DNA of 20,000 bases from Amoeboaphelidium occidentale (Eukaryota). Both the position numbers and the translations under genes were made by a program. The DNA is taken from contig JALGPX010000063.1 of the NCBI GenBank assembly GCA_023515795.1, positions 45,841-65,840 on the forward strand, given 5' to 3'. This document shows positions 9,215-20,000 of this stretch, in pieces. The first letter of the stretch is position 1; each line of letters starts with the position of its first letter. Under the pieces are notes generated by a model, which did no database searches, was not told where the DNA came from, and worked only from the letters and a program-made list of their open reading frames with translations.

Positions 9215-10229
9215 ATGGTATGCATTTAATGGAACAACGCGTCTAATTCTCTGTTATAGTCTGGAAAAGGAAAAGTCGCACCTGCACCAAAAACTGCTGC
9301 TACCACAAAGAAGGCTCCTGCAAAGAAGGAAAACCCTTTGATCGAGAAGACTCCAAGAAACTACGGAATTGGCAATGACATTCAACCAAAGCGCGACTTG
9401 TCTCGTTTTGTTAAATGGCCAAAGTACGTTCAGTTGCAGCGTCAGAAGACAATCTTGAAGATGCGTTTGAAGGTTCCTCCATCCATCAACCAGTTCTCTC
9501 GTGTCTTGGACAAGAACACATCATCTCAATTGTTCAAATTGGTTGATAAGTACCGTCCAGAAACCAAGGTCGAGAAGAAGCAAAGATTGGCTACCGCTGC
9601 TGCACAGAAGGCTGAAGGAAAGGAAGTCGAGAAGGGACCAAAGCCTGTTGTCGTTAAGTACGGTATCAACCACATTACCGCTTTAATCGAGAAGAAGAAG
9701 CCATCTTTGGTTATCATTGCTAACGATGTTGATCCTATTGAGGTAATTTTTGTTGATTGCTTTTTATATGGTCACGGTTCCTGTTCATTGCCTTGAGCAT
9801 GATAGGATTTGCTTTAAGTCCGTGACTTTTCATTTTACTTAGTCGCCGTTATCGGTGGCAATGACCCTTGCAATCAGATTCTGTCCCTCTCTCTGAGAAA
9901 CACTAATTAATTGTTTGTAGTTGGTTGTTTGGTTGCCAGCTCTTTGCCGCAAGATGGGAGTCCCATACTGCATTGTCAAGGGAAAGGCAAAGTTGGGTCA
10001 GTTCGTCCACAAGAAGACTGCTACTGCATTGGCTCTAGTTGATGTTAAGCCAGAAGACAAGCAAGCTTTGGCTGCTTTGGTTTCCGCTGTTAAGGTAAAC
10101 TACAACGACAAGTACGAAGAAGTTAGAAAGACTTGGGGTGGTGGTGTTAAGGGATTCAAATCTCAGCAAAACGAAATCAAGCAAGAAAAGGCTAGGGCTA
10201 AGGCTGCTCTTCAAGTCAAGAAAGCTTAA
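9215..10229 (+). CDS. RPL8: 60S ribosomal protein eL8 (L7a / yeast L8); exons 9215..9217, 9260..9742, 9921..10229 (264 aa)
   Basis: ATG|gtatgc...ctaat...tag intron (9218-9259, 42 nt). Conserved [25 protein letters not shown] and [25 protein letters not shown] across intron 9743-9920. Strong codon bias. Confidence 0.97.
9743..9920 (+). other. 178-nt structured intron of RPL8 (candidate cis-regulatory RNA or intronic ncRNA)
   Basis: Phase-0 intron gtaatt...cactaat...ttgtag. Stems 9771-9777/9820-9826, 9779-9791/9797-9807, 9842-9848/9853-9859 and 9874-9878/9892-9896. The intron is very well supported; a function for the structure is inferred. Confidence 0.75.
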
Positions 10230-10283
10230 ATAGATCCTGAATAACAGAAACAGGAATAAAGGGGATTTTCGTATTGTTTCTAT

Positions 10284-11753
<1,470 letters not shown>

Positions 11754-12005
11754 CTAAGCCAGTTTACACAACCAGATTTCCCATTTCCGATTAGATCTGT
11801 GATCATCTGAGTGCATCCTAAATTTACTGATCATCTGTCACCGATTGAGGTGATCAAACTAACATTGATTGAGACCAGCCAATTGGAACAGTTGATTTGT
11901 TTGATATCAAGTTTGCGATAATCTCACCAAAATGCATAAAAGGCCAGAGGTCTCAGCTGCATTTTTATCATCAAAAAGAATCTAATAATAACAACAATAA
12001 TCAAA

Positions 12006-12278
12006 ATGAAATACTTCGCTGCTATCTTCGCTACTCTCTTGTCTATTGCTTCTGTTGCTCAAGCTGCTCCTGTTGAACTTGAAAAGCGTCAAATAATGGC
12101 CGGTGGAATGGGAAATATTGTTGTCCCTGCAGGTTTGGGCGCTGGAACCGTGTTTTACGATGCTGGCCTTCCATTCATTGTTGGCCCAGGTGGCATGCCT
12201 CTTCCATATGCTGATGTCATTGCAAATCCTTTGGGCTTTGGTTTCGACGCTGGTTTCTCTCCAGTTTTCTTGTATTAA
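12006..12278 (+). CDS. Small secreted prepropeptide (signal peptide, Kex2-type KR site, 62-aa Gly/Pro-rich hydrophobic mature peptide)
   Basis: MKYFAAIFATLLSIASVAQA|APVELEKR|QIMAGG...; A-rich leader before the ATG, TATA-like cataaaa near 11935, biased codons, aataaa downstream. Confidence 0.85.
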   Translation: MKYFAAIFATLLSIASVAQAAPVELEKRQIMAGGMGNIVVPAGLGAGTVFYDAGLPFIVGPGGMPLPYADVIANPLGFGFDAGFSPVFLY

Positions 12279-12715
12279 ATGTACGCACAGTAGATAATTT
12301 ATAAAATAAACGGTTATTGAACTATTTATGTTGTTCAAACGCTTCTTCGACCTCTACAAAGCATACAGTCTATCTCATGGTAGCAGGCGCGTTCATAGAA
12401 AAAAATCGCCTCAATTCTCAAAAGTTAGTCGGTAACAATGCGATTTACCGCATCTAGTAGACAAGTTTCATATCACTTTGAATTCAATGTGCATGTGAAT
12501 TATGTCGAATCCCATGAAAACTTGCTTATCTGATTGTTTCAAAACTTGAAACTTTCCATATCTTATTCAAGCCTTCGTGCTGTAACAATTTTTACATCTT
12601 TCATACAGCATGACTCTTGTTAGGATAGATTGTATCAAAGGTTCCAGATCGGAATCAATCAATGATTCGATCTATCAGTATGATAATCAATTGGCTGGCG
12701 TAATGTTTCTGTGAA

Positions 12716-13561
12716 ATGAGGCTCCTCGATGGGCTGATTATAATGCTACTGTTGCGGAATGAATGTGCGTATGGAGCAGCTACTGGAAAGAAGCTGGATC
12801 TCTCACACGGTCGCCCAACTATAAAAACCAACTTGAAACACGCCGTGATAAACTCTGTCGAGATACACAAGAGGCAAGACGATGCAGAGATTGAAGCAGA
12901 AGATGAGGAAAGGAAAGCTGTCAAAGAAGATGTTGAAGCAAGGCTCGACACGATAACGGATGAAGAGAAAGATGGCGACGATGAACAAGGAGAATCTATC
13001 GGTGAAGATTTCTGCCTTGGCAAGCCATTTGAAGCTCATGATGGAACACAACAAACAGAAGGTTCATGCTCTACTACAATACACGGTATTATACCCTCTG
13101 TGGACAAGATGGTTTCAACTTTGATCATCGATCCGGAGAATGGAGCAGTGTTGGCACCAGACACAACGATTTCTATCACTGTGCGTACAAATAATCTGGA
13201 GTTGGCTCATTTCTCTAATCCGGAGGACAAGTATCTAGTTAGGCCACAGAGCGTTAACGATGAAGGATTTTTGAGAGGACATCAACACGTTGTTGTTCAA
13301 CAATTAAATGATGATGATCTTCCGTTGGACCCTCAGGTGTTTGCTTTCTTCAAAGGATTAGATCAAGTTCCGGATGAAAATAACGATCTCATAACAACTA
13401 TAGATGATGGGTTACCTGAAGGAGAATATCGATTGTGTACAATCTCTGGAGCTTTGACACATCAACCTCTGTTAATGCCAGTTGCTCAAAGGGGACCTCA
13501 AGACGACTGCATACGTTTTTCAGTACAAGAAGAAGTTGGATATGATGATTATGAGGAATAA
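12716..13561 (+). CDS. Secreted protein of a conserved fungal family of unknown function (GHxHVV...FAFFKGL...GLPxGxYR...HQP...PVAQxG motifs)
   Basis: Hydrophobic N-terminus, KR|Q site, acidic linker, then a Cys/His-containing domain I recognise from fungal hypothetical proteins. Family name not verified. Confidence 0.8.
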   Translation: MRLLDGLIIMLLLRNECAYGAATGKKLDLSHGRPTIKTNLKHAVINSVEIHKRQDDAEIEAEDEERKAVKEDVEARLDTITDEEKDGDDEQGESIGEDFCLGKPFEAHDGTQQTEGSCSTTIHGIIPSVDKMVSTLIIDPENGAVLAPDTTISITVRTNNLELAHFSNPEDKYLVRPQSVNDEGFLRGHQHVVVQQLNDDDLPLDPQVFAFFKGLDQVPDENNDLITTIDDGLPEGEYRLCTISGALTHQPLLMPVAQRGPQDDCIRFSVQEEVGYDDYEE

Positions 13562-13610
13562 CACAAAAAAAGACGACTGTGAATGAATTTGACAAATAGA
13601 ACATGTTTTA

Positions 13611-16600
13611 TCACATTATTACGCAACCATCTCCATTTTCAGTTGCTGCTTCAGCCTTTCGATTATCCGGATGCAGTCTGTTTCTTGATATTGTACTGAA
13701 TGTAACTATTTCACCAGGTGATAAGGAATTAAGTGTTTTTGCTGCTCTCCTCTCAAACTCCTCTTCTGTTATTCTGGTCTCGCCCTTATTGGTGACACCT
13801 TCAAAGGTAAGAATATGGCTGTTTGCTTTTAATAGAATGTCTCCATTTCTTAGTTCCCCGTCTAAAATTTGAAGCACAACATCCAAGCCTGTGCTCTCTT
13901 CGTCGCTTGTTTTGGCTCTAGTTCCAAGTTCTCCGATATACTTCTTTGATACCACCCTGAGGTCAAACACTTCCAGAGAATATGCCATATCTTCAGATTT
14001 TGTATTCTTTGCGATAGGAATTGTTGGGTCTGGTACAACCTCGACTTCAAACTGAAAATAAGGTATTTCAGTGCTTCTTGATATTGCTTCAACAGGTATT
14101 TCTCCTATTTCTGCTTCCCCTTCTCCATTATTTTCTGGTTCTAGCGCTTCAACAAATTCACGATCTGAAGGGTCAACAACCCTTGCGGTCAACTCTCGGT
14201 ACAAAAACTTTGACGTTGCTGCATAATTGAGTGCTTTTCCTGAATGGCTTGATACAAATGTGAAAGCTAGAAGCACGTATTGTCCTTCTTCGTCCTTTGT
14301 TTGGTAAATTTTTGGAAATGGTTTCAATAGTTCAGCTAATATGTTGTAAATCTCATGCGGTTTCTGCTGTTTGATCTTTCGGCCATTTACTTCCAGCAGA
14401 ACATCTCCAATATGAGGAGCTTCTCCTTGACATTCGCCTTCTAATGGAGTGGAAACTTTGGAAACTTTTGCCTGGAACATCTTTATAGCTTCATTCTTTT
14501 CTGATATGAATTCCATTCCAATCTTTTTGATGATGTTGGATTCTGTATTCCAGTCTGAAGGTCCGAAACGTTTAGTTTTGATGGAGAAAACTTTGAATAC
14601 GTTCTCAGTTACTTGTGTTAATTGACGATCAAAGAACGATGAATCCTTTTTCAGATATCCACTTGCCACCTTAGATGATTCCAGTAATACATGAGAAAGA
14701 TTCTTGGTCAACTCAGATGTTATGCCGGATGTTTTCTGCACAACTTCTGTTACTTTTTCTAGCATTGACACGCTCTGAACATCGGCTTCGACGTCTTTAA
14801 CTTTTGGCTCATCTTTCTTCGTCTCGGCCTGTAAGCTTTTCGATCTTTGATAAACGATAGGCTGGAAGCTATCAACCTGTTTAGGCTTCTCCTCGGAAAC
14901 AGGAATTTTAGCAGTCTTAACAACATCTGGTTCTTTCTCCTTCTCTTTCTCCTTCTCTTCGGTCTTCACGGTAGCGGATACAGTAGGTGGTACTTTATCA
15001 ACCGGTTTTGCGTTAGTTTTTGTTTCTGTTTCCGCTTTCTTTTCTTCCACCTTTGCTCTAGAGGCCTCGAGTTTGCTAGGTAATCCTTTTGGCGCTGCTT
15101 CAGGCTTAGGAGTTGTTTCTTCTCGCTTTGAAGGGCTAGTAGAAGCTGAAACGTTTGTGATAGGCTTGATATCTTCAGACTTACTAATTTCTTTGCTTGC
15201 GGGATTCGGAGAGGCAAAGTTTGAATGGTCTTTGATGGGTTCTGGTTTTTGTGGTTTTGTTGCAGCAGCGTCTTTCTCAGATTTTACAACATCTTTCGGA
15301 GCATCCGCTTTTGAATCTTTCACATGTGAAATATGAGGCTGTTGTTCTACAGAAACTCGCTTTGTCTCTTCTACTTGGATCTTCTGTGTAATACTCGGTT
15401 TTTGCTCCGCCTGTTTTGGTGGTTCTACTTTCGAACTTGGTGCTTTTGGCTCTTCTTTTGGGATTTCGACAGACTTTGTGTTCTCTGACCTCGCTAGTTT
15501 TGATGGGAGGCCAACAGATGGTTTCTGCTGCTGTTGAGAAGATTGTAATTCAGAAGGAGCATCTTGTGTACGTCCTGGTTCTTTTTTGGGTGTGATAATA
15601 GGAGCAGGATTCTCTGATACGCGTTTCATTGCGTGGGGTTTACAATAAAACTCTCCGTTCCAAATATTGTAAGTTGCCATTGAGAGAATCTTGTTGCAGT
15701 CTTTGCACCGTAAACAACTAAAGAATTATAAGTTGAGGTTTGAATATATACTTTGCATGAAGAATCTTCTTTTCCACGAAAATTTTCTCTGTAGGATATA
15801 CTAGTTTCTCACATATAGCACATGTCTCTGTAGGTTTCTGCCCATATTGCTAAAGAAAAGTTGGTTATACATGAAAGGTATTGAACTTACTCGCATTGTT
15901 TTCGATCGAGCAAGACCGCCTGGCCTTGAATCCAAAGAAGTAGAGCTTGCCGATGGCTTCAACTCAGATGGCCCATCTTCCTTTTTTAATGGTGCAGTAG
16001 TCAAAGGGAGCTCATACGGTCGTTCTTGTTTGACAGGTTCAACATCCACGTCGCTTTCTTGAACCTTTGTTTCCATTATCTTTTCTTTCGCGGAAGTTGG
16101 AGCGAGTTCCTTGACAACATCTTTAGATGTATTCTGTGAAGATATCTCTCGTATCGACGGTTGCTCTTCTTTTGTAGCCTGTAACTTCTCTTGTGACAAT
16201 TGCTTCTGCAATGCCAATGTGTCCTGAACCGCGACAACATCCTGTTCGATGATCGGCTCCTCCTTTTTCGTTTCTCTATATCTGTACGACATCTTGGAGG
16301 CGCTGGTGACAGAACGCTTAAGTCCAGTCGCACCTGCAGTTGGTGCCTTATCCTCAACTCCAGACATGTTCACCTGATTGAAGTGTGGTTTGCAGTAGAA
16401 CTTATCATCCAAAGTTGCAAAAGTAGCCAGCTCCAAAAGCTTATTGCAATATGAACATCTTAAGCACGATTTGTGCAATACTTTGCCTTTGATCATCAAC
16501 TTTTCCACTGGATACACCGTTTCATTGCAAATGGCGCATGATTCCGTTGGCTTTGCACCAATTATCTTCTTTGCAGGTTTCGAAGATACCTGAATGTCAA

Positions 16601-16664
16601 TTCATTGTATATCATGCTATCTTACATTTGCCTGTTCCTGTGATGCTACGTCTTGTGAGGACAT
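13611..16664 (-). CDS. LIM-LIM, low-complexity linker, two PDZ-like domains, C-terminal CaaX; exons 16664..16626, 16589..15891, 15849..15752, 15717..13611 (980 aa)
   Basis: Introns 16590-16625 (36 nt), 15850-15890 (41 nt) and 15718-15751 (34 nt) join the track ORFs in frame. LIM1 CAIC..HKSCLRCSYC..YCKPH; LIM2 CAIC..HANCLRCKDC..YCKPH; PDZ-like IGDVLLEVNG and LRNGDILLKAN; ends CVIM*. Confidence 0.87.
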
Positions 16665-16999
16665 GGTGATATTTATAACAAAAATTGTGACATGCTGAAA
16701 CTTTAAATTTGGAACCAAGAGCAATTATACGTAAGATATGACTACAAGAGCGAGAATGTGCAATGATTAAAAGCTACATGTGAGAGACTTTAGAAGATAT
16801 TGCATCACTCGATAATTTCAATTGTTTTGGGGTGTGTGAAGCTATCGAAACAATTGGCATGAGACCGTCGTGCTACTGCCCCACAATATAAGATGCGGTT
16901 AGCCTACCTCTGAAACCCCCTGGTAAACTTTCATCGGCATCCTACACTTACCGTATCATTTGTGCTAGAGTCTTGCCCTTTTTCAGTTTTTGTTTAAGG

Positions 17000-18446
17000 A
17001 TGGTGGCGTGGATCAAATTCCTTATGAAGAATAGACGCGCAGTCTCGTACACTTTTGGAGCTGCTTCCTTTATGCTTTTTCTTTTCACGTTACACTCTCT
17101 TTATAGATATGAGCAGAGTTCAAAGATTGATGAGCCACCGAGAAAGGTAAATCTATGATCTTCTGTTCCTGAACGATTAGGTGGAGTACAATTACTCGGA
17201 TTATCGAACTTCCCCGTGGATATCACATGAAACATTCAAACTTCTCAGTAAGCCGATGTCATTGCCAGTCAAAGTCGTGTGGTCAATGGATCCCGAAGTA
17301 AATTCAGGTGTCTTCAATCCAAGCATTCTTCATATGCCCGACACATCTCCATATCAGTTCTTTGCTGTCGGTAGAATGAAGGGAGTGTACAAATACAAAG
17401 ATCCCGACTGGCTGGAGGCTGACATTGTTCAGGCTGGAATTTTGGGTTGTTTTATGAATCTCGTGGCTGTTGAAGATTACTATGAATTTCACTGTGTTCA
17501 TGAACCCCGCATATTTGAGTATGAGCCGGCACCGCGTGATATTCTTCTCGCGAAGGTTGATGCGCACTTAAAAGATGTAGAGCACCGAGATGTTGGATAT
17601 TATTCTCTTAATCAAGGACCTGAGGATGGTCGCATTTTCTGGAACTATGATGGCGGTATTCTGATGGTTTATGGGATGAACTCTTTTCTTCCTGGTAAAC
17701 ATAGGACGCCTTTCTTGACAGATGCTAGAAACTTCTTCCCTGAGCTAAGGGAGATCTGGAATGGCAGCGGTATTCCAGAGCCTGCATGGCTATTCGACCA
17801 AAACGAGCTTGGTATTCAAACTGAAGAATTGAATTCTATCGAGAAAAATTGGTCGCCATTAGTCACAAGTGATAAGCTGTATCTGCAAGCGAAAGTTCAG
17901 AATAGGTTGCTATACGAGATTGGAATCGATTCTGAGTCCCAAGCTACACTTGCAAAAGCAGATGTCGACAAGACCGCCCTTGTAGATTGCATGAACACTT
18001 TATTTAATGATATTTCTAATAAGAATAAGCAAGAAGTTCATCAAGCATCTAATCTATTGAGACTGAAGCTTTGTTACACCCGTAATTGCGATAAAGCTGA
18101 GAAAGTTGAGGAAATTTACTTCCAGGTTATACACGTGAAGAGTTTCAACACGTGGTTATACAAGCGTTATGTTGCTTTGTGGTCATCTGATGAAGACGGT
18201 GGCTTCAAATTTTTGAAAGTGAAAGGCCCAATGTCTTTCCCTGGAGCTTCAGAGGACCAACATCCATTCATCACAACAATATCCTACATAAAGCCGAGTG
18301 GATACTTCTCAAAGGATGGAAAATTCTCAAATGTTGCGTATCTTGATACTCCTGTTGTTGTTTCGTTTGGTGTGAGCGACAATTCTTCCGGAGCTTTTTT
18401 TACCACTGCCGAAGAACTGATAACTGGAGCTAGAGGTTGCGAATAA
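17000..18446 (+). CDS. Type II membrane beta-propeller protein, beta-mannosyltransferase (GT91/Bmt)-like or GH130-like; exons 17000..17146 and 17181..18446 (470 aa)
   Basis: Basic N-terminal tail plus TM helix (YTFGAASFMLFLFTL); 34-nt intron 17147-17180 (gtaaat...attag); motifs FNPSI, GPEDGRIF, EKNWSP, VSFGVSD. Confidence 0.75.
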
Positions 18447-18475
18447 ATTTCTATTTAAATGCTTCAACTATGGGT

Positions 18476-19588
18476 CTAAAGATATTTTGAATTCTCAATG
18501 AAATCCAAGTCTTTTCGCGTCAGTTTCAGCTTCTTGATTACTTGTGGCAAATAACAAGAATATCCTCCCCAACTATCACTGAGCCAGAACTTTATCTTGA
18601 AAACATTTCCTGATTCTTCAACTTCTCTTTTGAATTCCAAAACTTTCTTTAAGATTATTTCAAGATCCTCGTCAAAAAGTCTGACAGACAAACGACTCAA
18701 GTTTGGACAGAGTTCTAAAACATGTCTGCAATCGTTCCACGAAAATGTATTGTGCAATACAAGAAACTCAAGATATGGAAGCTTCCGACTGATTATGTTT
18801 TGCACGGAAATATTGTCGTTCATACTTGTGAGCTCCAAAGTTTGTAAATTGAGATCAGGCAACAGTTCGGCCAAGATACTGAGGTTCCCGTTTGAGATAT
18901 TTGTAATTCTGATTTCCTTCAATTCTTTGCACTTTCGTAAGCTTTCCATGAATTGAGGAGACAAGTTGATGTACGAAATTATTAAGCGTTCCATTTTCAG
19001 AGGTGCTAGTCTCAATTCCCCCAAATTGACGTTATCATCATAGAAACTTGTAATCAAGAGATCCTTCAAATTAGCGCATTTAGATATGTATGAACAAAGC
19101 CATTCTGTGCTACACGGCTGGTTATTTATGCAAACTTCTAACCGTTGCAGCATTCTCTGATCCTTGAAATTAAGCTCGCGACCAGCATGATCATCGCAGC
19201 TATCAACGAATAACTCCAAAGTCTTCAGATTAGAGTACAGCGTAAGTGTCTTCCATTGATCAAATGTTTTGACCTGCGTGTTAAGCCATCGAACTTGATT
19301 GGTGATTCCTTTTTGCATAATTCTATCAGTAAATGCCTCAAAGCAAGCATCGCTTATTCGAAAACAACAACGTTCATACAACGCTCTTATAACTTCATAG
19401 CAAAATGTGGTATTGACAAACATCAATTCGCGATATTGTTTCGTATCATCATCAGTATGGTGGAATCTGTTCTTTCCAAAAGTATGTCGCAATATCTCGG
19501 AAACGATTATATGATTACTCAATGCGATATCAGCTGGATATCTTTCAAGATGTCGGTCTTTAGTGAAACGCCATGAAATATCTGCCAT
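18476..19588 (-). CDS. RNI-like leucine-rich-repeat protein with a degenerate F-box-like N-terminus
   Basis: Repeated LxxLxL units (NLKTLEL, LQRLEV, CANLKDLLI, CKELKEIRI, NLQTLEL, CPNLSRLSV); N-terminal EILRH...LMFVNTTF...ALY. Confidence 0.72.
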   Translation of the reverse strand: MADISWRFTKDRHLERYPADIALSNHIIVSEILRHTFGKNRFHHTDDDTKQYRELMFVNTTFCYEVIRALYERCCFRISDACFEAFTDRIMQKGITNQVRWLNTQVKTFDQWKTLTLYSNLKTLELFVDSCDDHAGRELNFKDQRMLQRLEVCINNQPCSTEWLCSYISKCANLKDLLITSFYDDNVNLGELRLAPLKMERLIISYINLSPQFMESLRKCKELKEIRITNISNGNLSILAELLPDLNLQTLELTSMNDNISVQNIISRKLPYLEFLVLHNTFSWNDCRHVLELCPNLSRLSVRLFDEDLEIILKKVLEFKREVEESGNVFKIKFWLSDSWGGYSCYLPQVIKKLKLTRKDLDFIENSKYL

Positions 19589-20000
19589 TCTTCGTGCTTG
19601 AAGAAAAAGTCAGAAAAGTTCCTGAAACCGCGAATCGCCCCTTTATTCTCGCGGATCCGGTCGGTGTTGTTTGGAAAATCCGGTCGGCGCGAGCAGCTTA
19701 CCGGATTGAACCGTATTACACCGTATTTAGCCTTAAAACCAATAGAACTCACGCTTACTAGACTAATATCACTCCGTACCATGCCCGGCGACAGGCTTTA
19801 CCTGATATCTACCGGAAGGAAGGGTTACTGTGGTCACTAGCATCACTAGGAGCCATCTGACCATATGTACTGCACATCCTGTTGAGAGTGCTTGAACCTT
19901 GACCACCACCATGATCTCCATTAAATGAAACAGTACCGAAACTGTACAACATTACACAACCAATAGTAAAACAATATCTGAAACTGTGTCCATTAACCAT

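Noticed and set aside
9084..9341. 85-aa ORF upstream of the RPL8 track ORF
   Set aside because: It overlaps the RPL8 promoter, first intron and exon 2 out of frame with exon 2; the ATG|GT model explains the region.
9770..9905. Canonical box C/D or H/ACA snoRNA in the RPL8 intron
   Set aside because: CTGA (9893-9896) and ACA (9900-9902) are present, but there is no good RTGATGA box or hinge ANANNA, and the ACA overlaps the branch site. Kept only as an unclassified structure.
12462..12552. Imperfect inverted repeats (caagtttcat/atgaaaacttg; gtttcaa/ttgaaac)
   Set aside because: Short and AT-rich, with no target-site duplication or RNA motif.
16819..16946. Hairpins with ANANNA and ACA in the LIM/glycosyltransferase divergent promoter (H/ACA-like)
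   Set aside because: Stems rely on many G-U pairs and the pocket-to-ACA spacing (~10 nt) is not canonical; such boxes arise by chance in AT-rich DNA.
19809..20000. 63-aa ORF at the window edge
   Set aside because: No recognisable motif and truncated by the edge, so it cannot be supported.

Overview
Gene-dense eukaryotic DNA read with the standard genetic code (TAA, TAG and TGA all end genes). Most introns are very short GT-AG introns (33-47 nt) and convergent genes are only 29-81 nt apart. The gene mix (muskelin, M36 fungalysin, Kex2-type secreted proteins, a PDZ-like protein) suggests a compact early-diverging fungus or fungal relative; this is inference. In order: 3' part of muskelin (+), C2H2 zinc-finger factor (-), COX12/COX6B (+), fungalysin M36 (-), SH3 protein with a probable upstream exon ORF (-), ribosomal protein eL8/L7a (+), RIO2 kinase (-, with an assembly-gap duplication), a 90-aa secreted prepropeptide (+), a secreted His-motif protein (+), a LIM-LIM-PDZ-like-CaaX protein (-), a type II membrane beta-propeller glycosyltransferase-like protein (+) and an F-box-like/LRR protein (-). 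Best leads: (1) an outsized, structured RPL8 intron with a cryptic 3' splice site leading to a premature stop, a candidate autoregulatory switch; (2) a hydrophobic secreted peptide built from two 29-aa pseudo-repeats that shares promoter motifs and a KR|Q site with its secreted neighbour; (3) a CaaX-terminated LIM/PDZ-like scaffold; (4) a near-perfect RFX X-box; (5) an in-frame 33-nt intron inside a zinc finger. All exon models were derived by eye and need RNA-seq confirmation.
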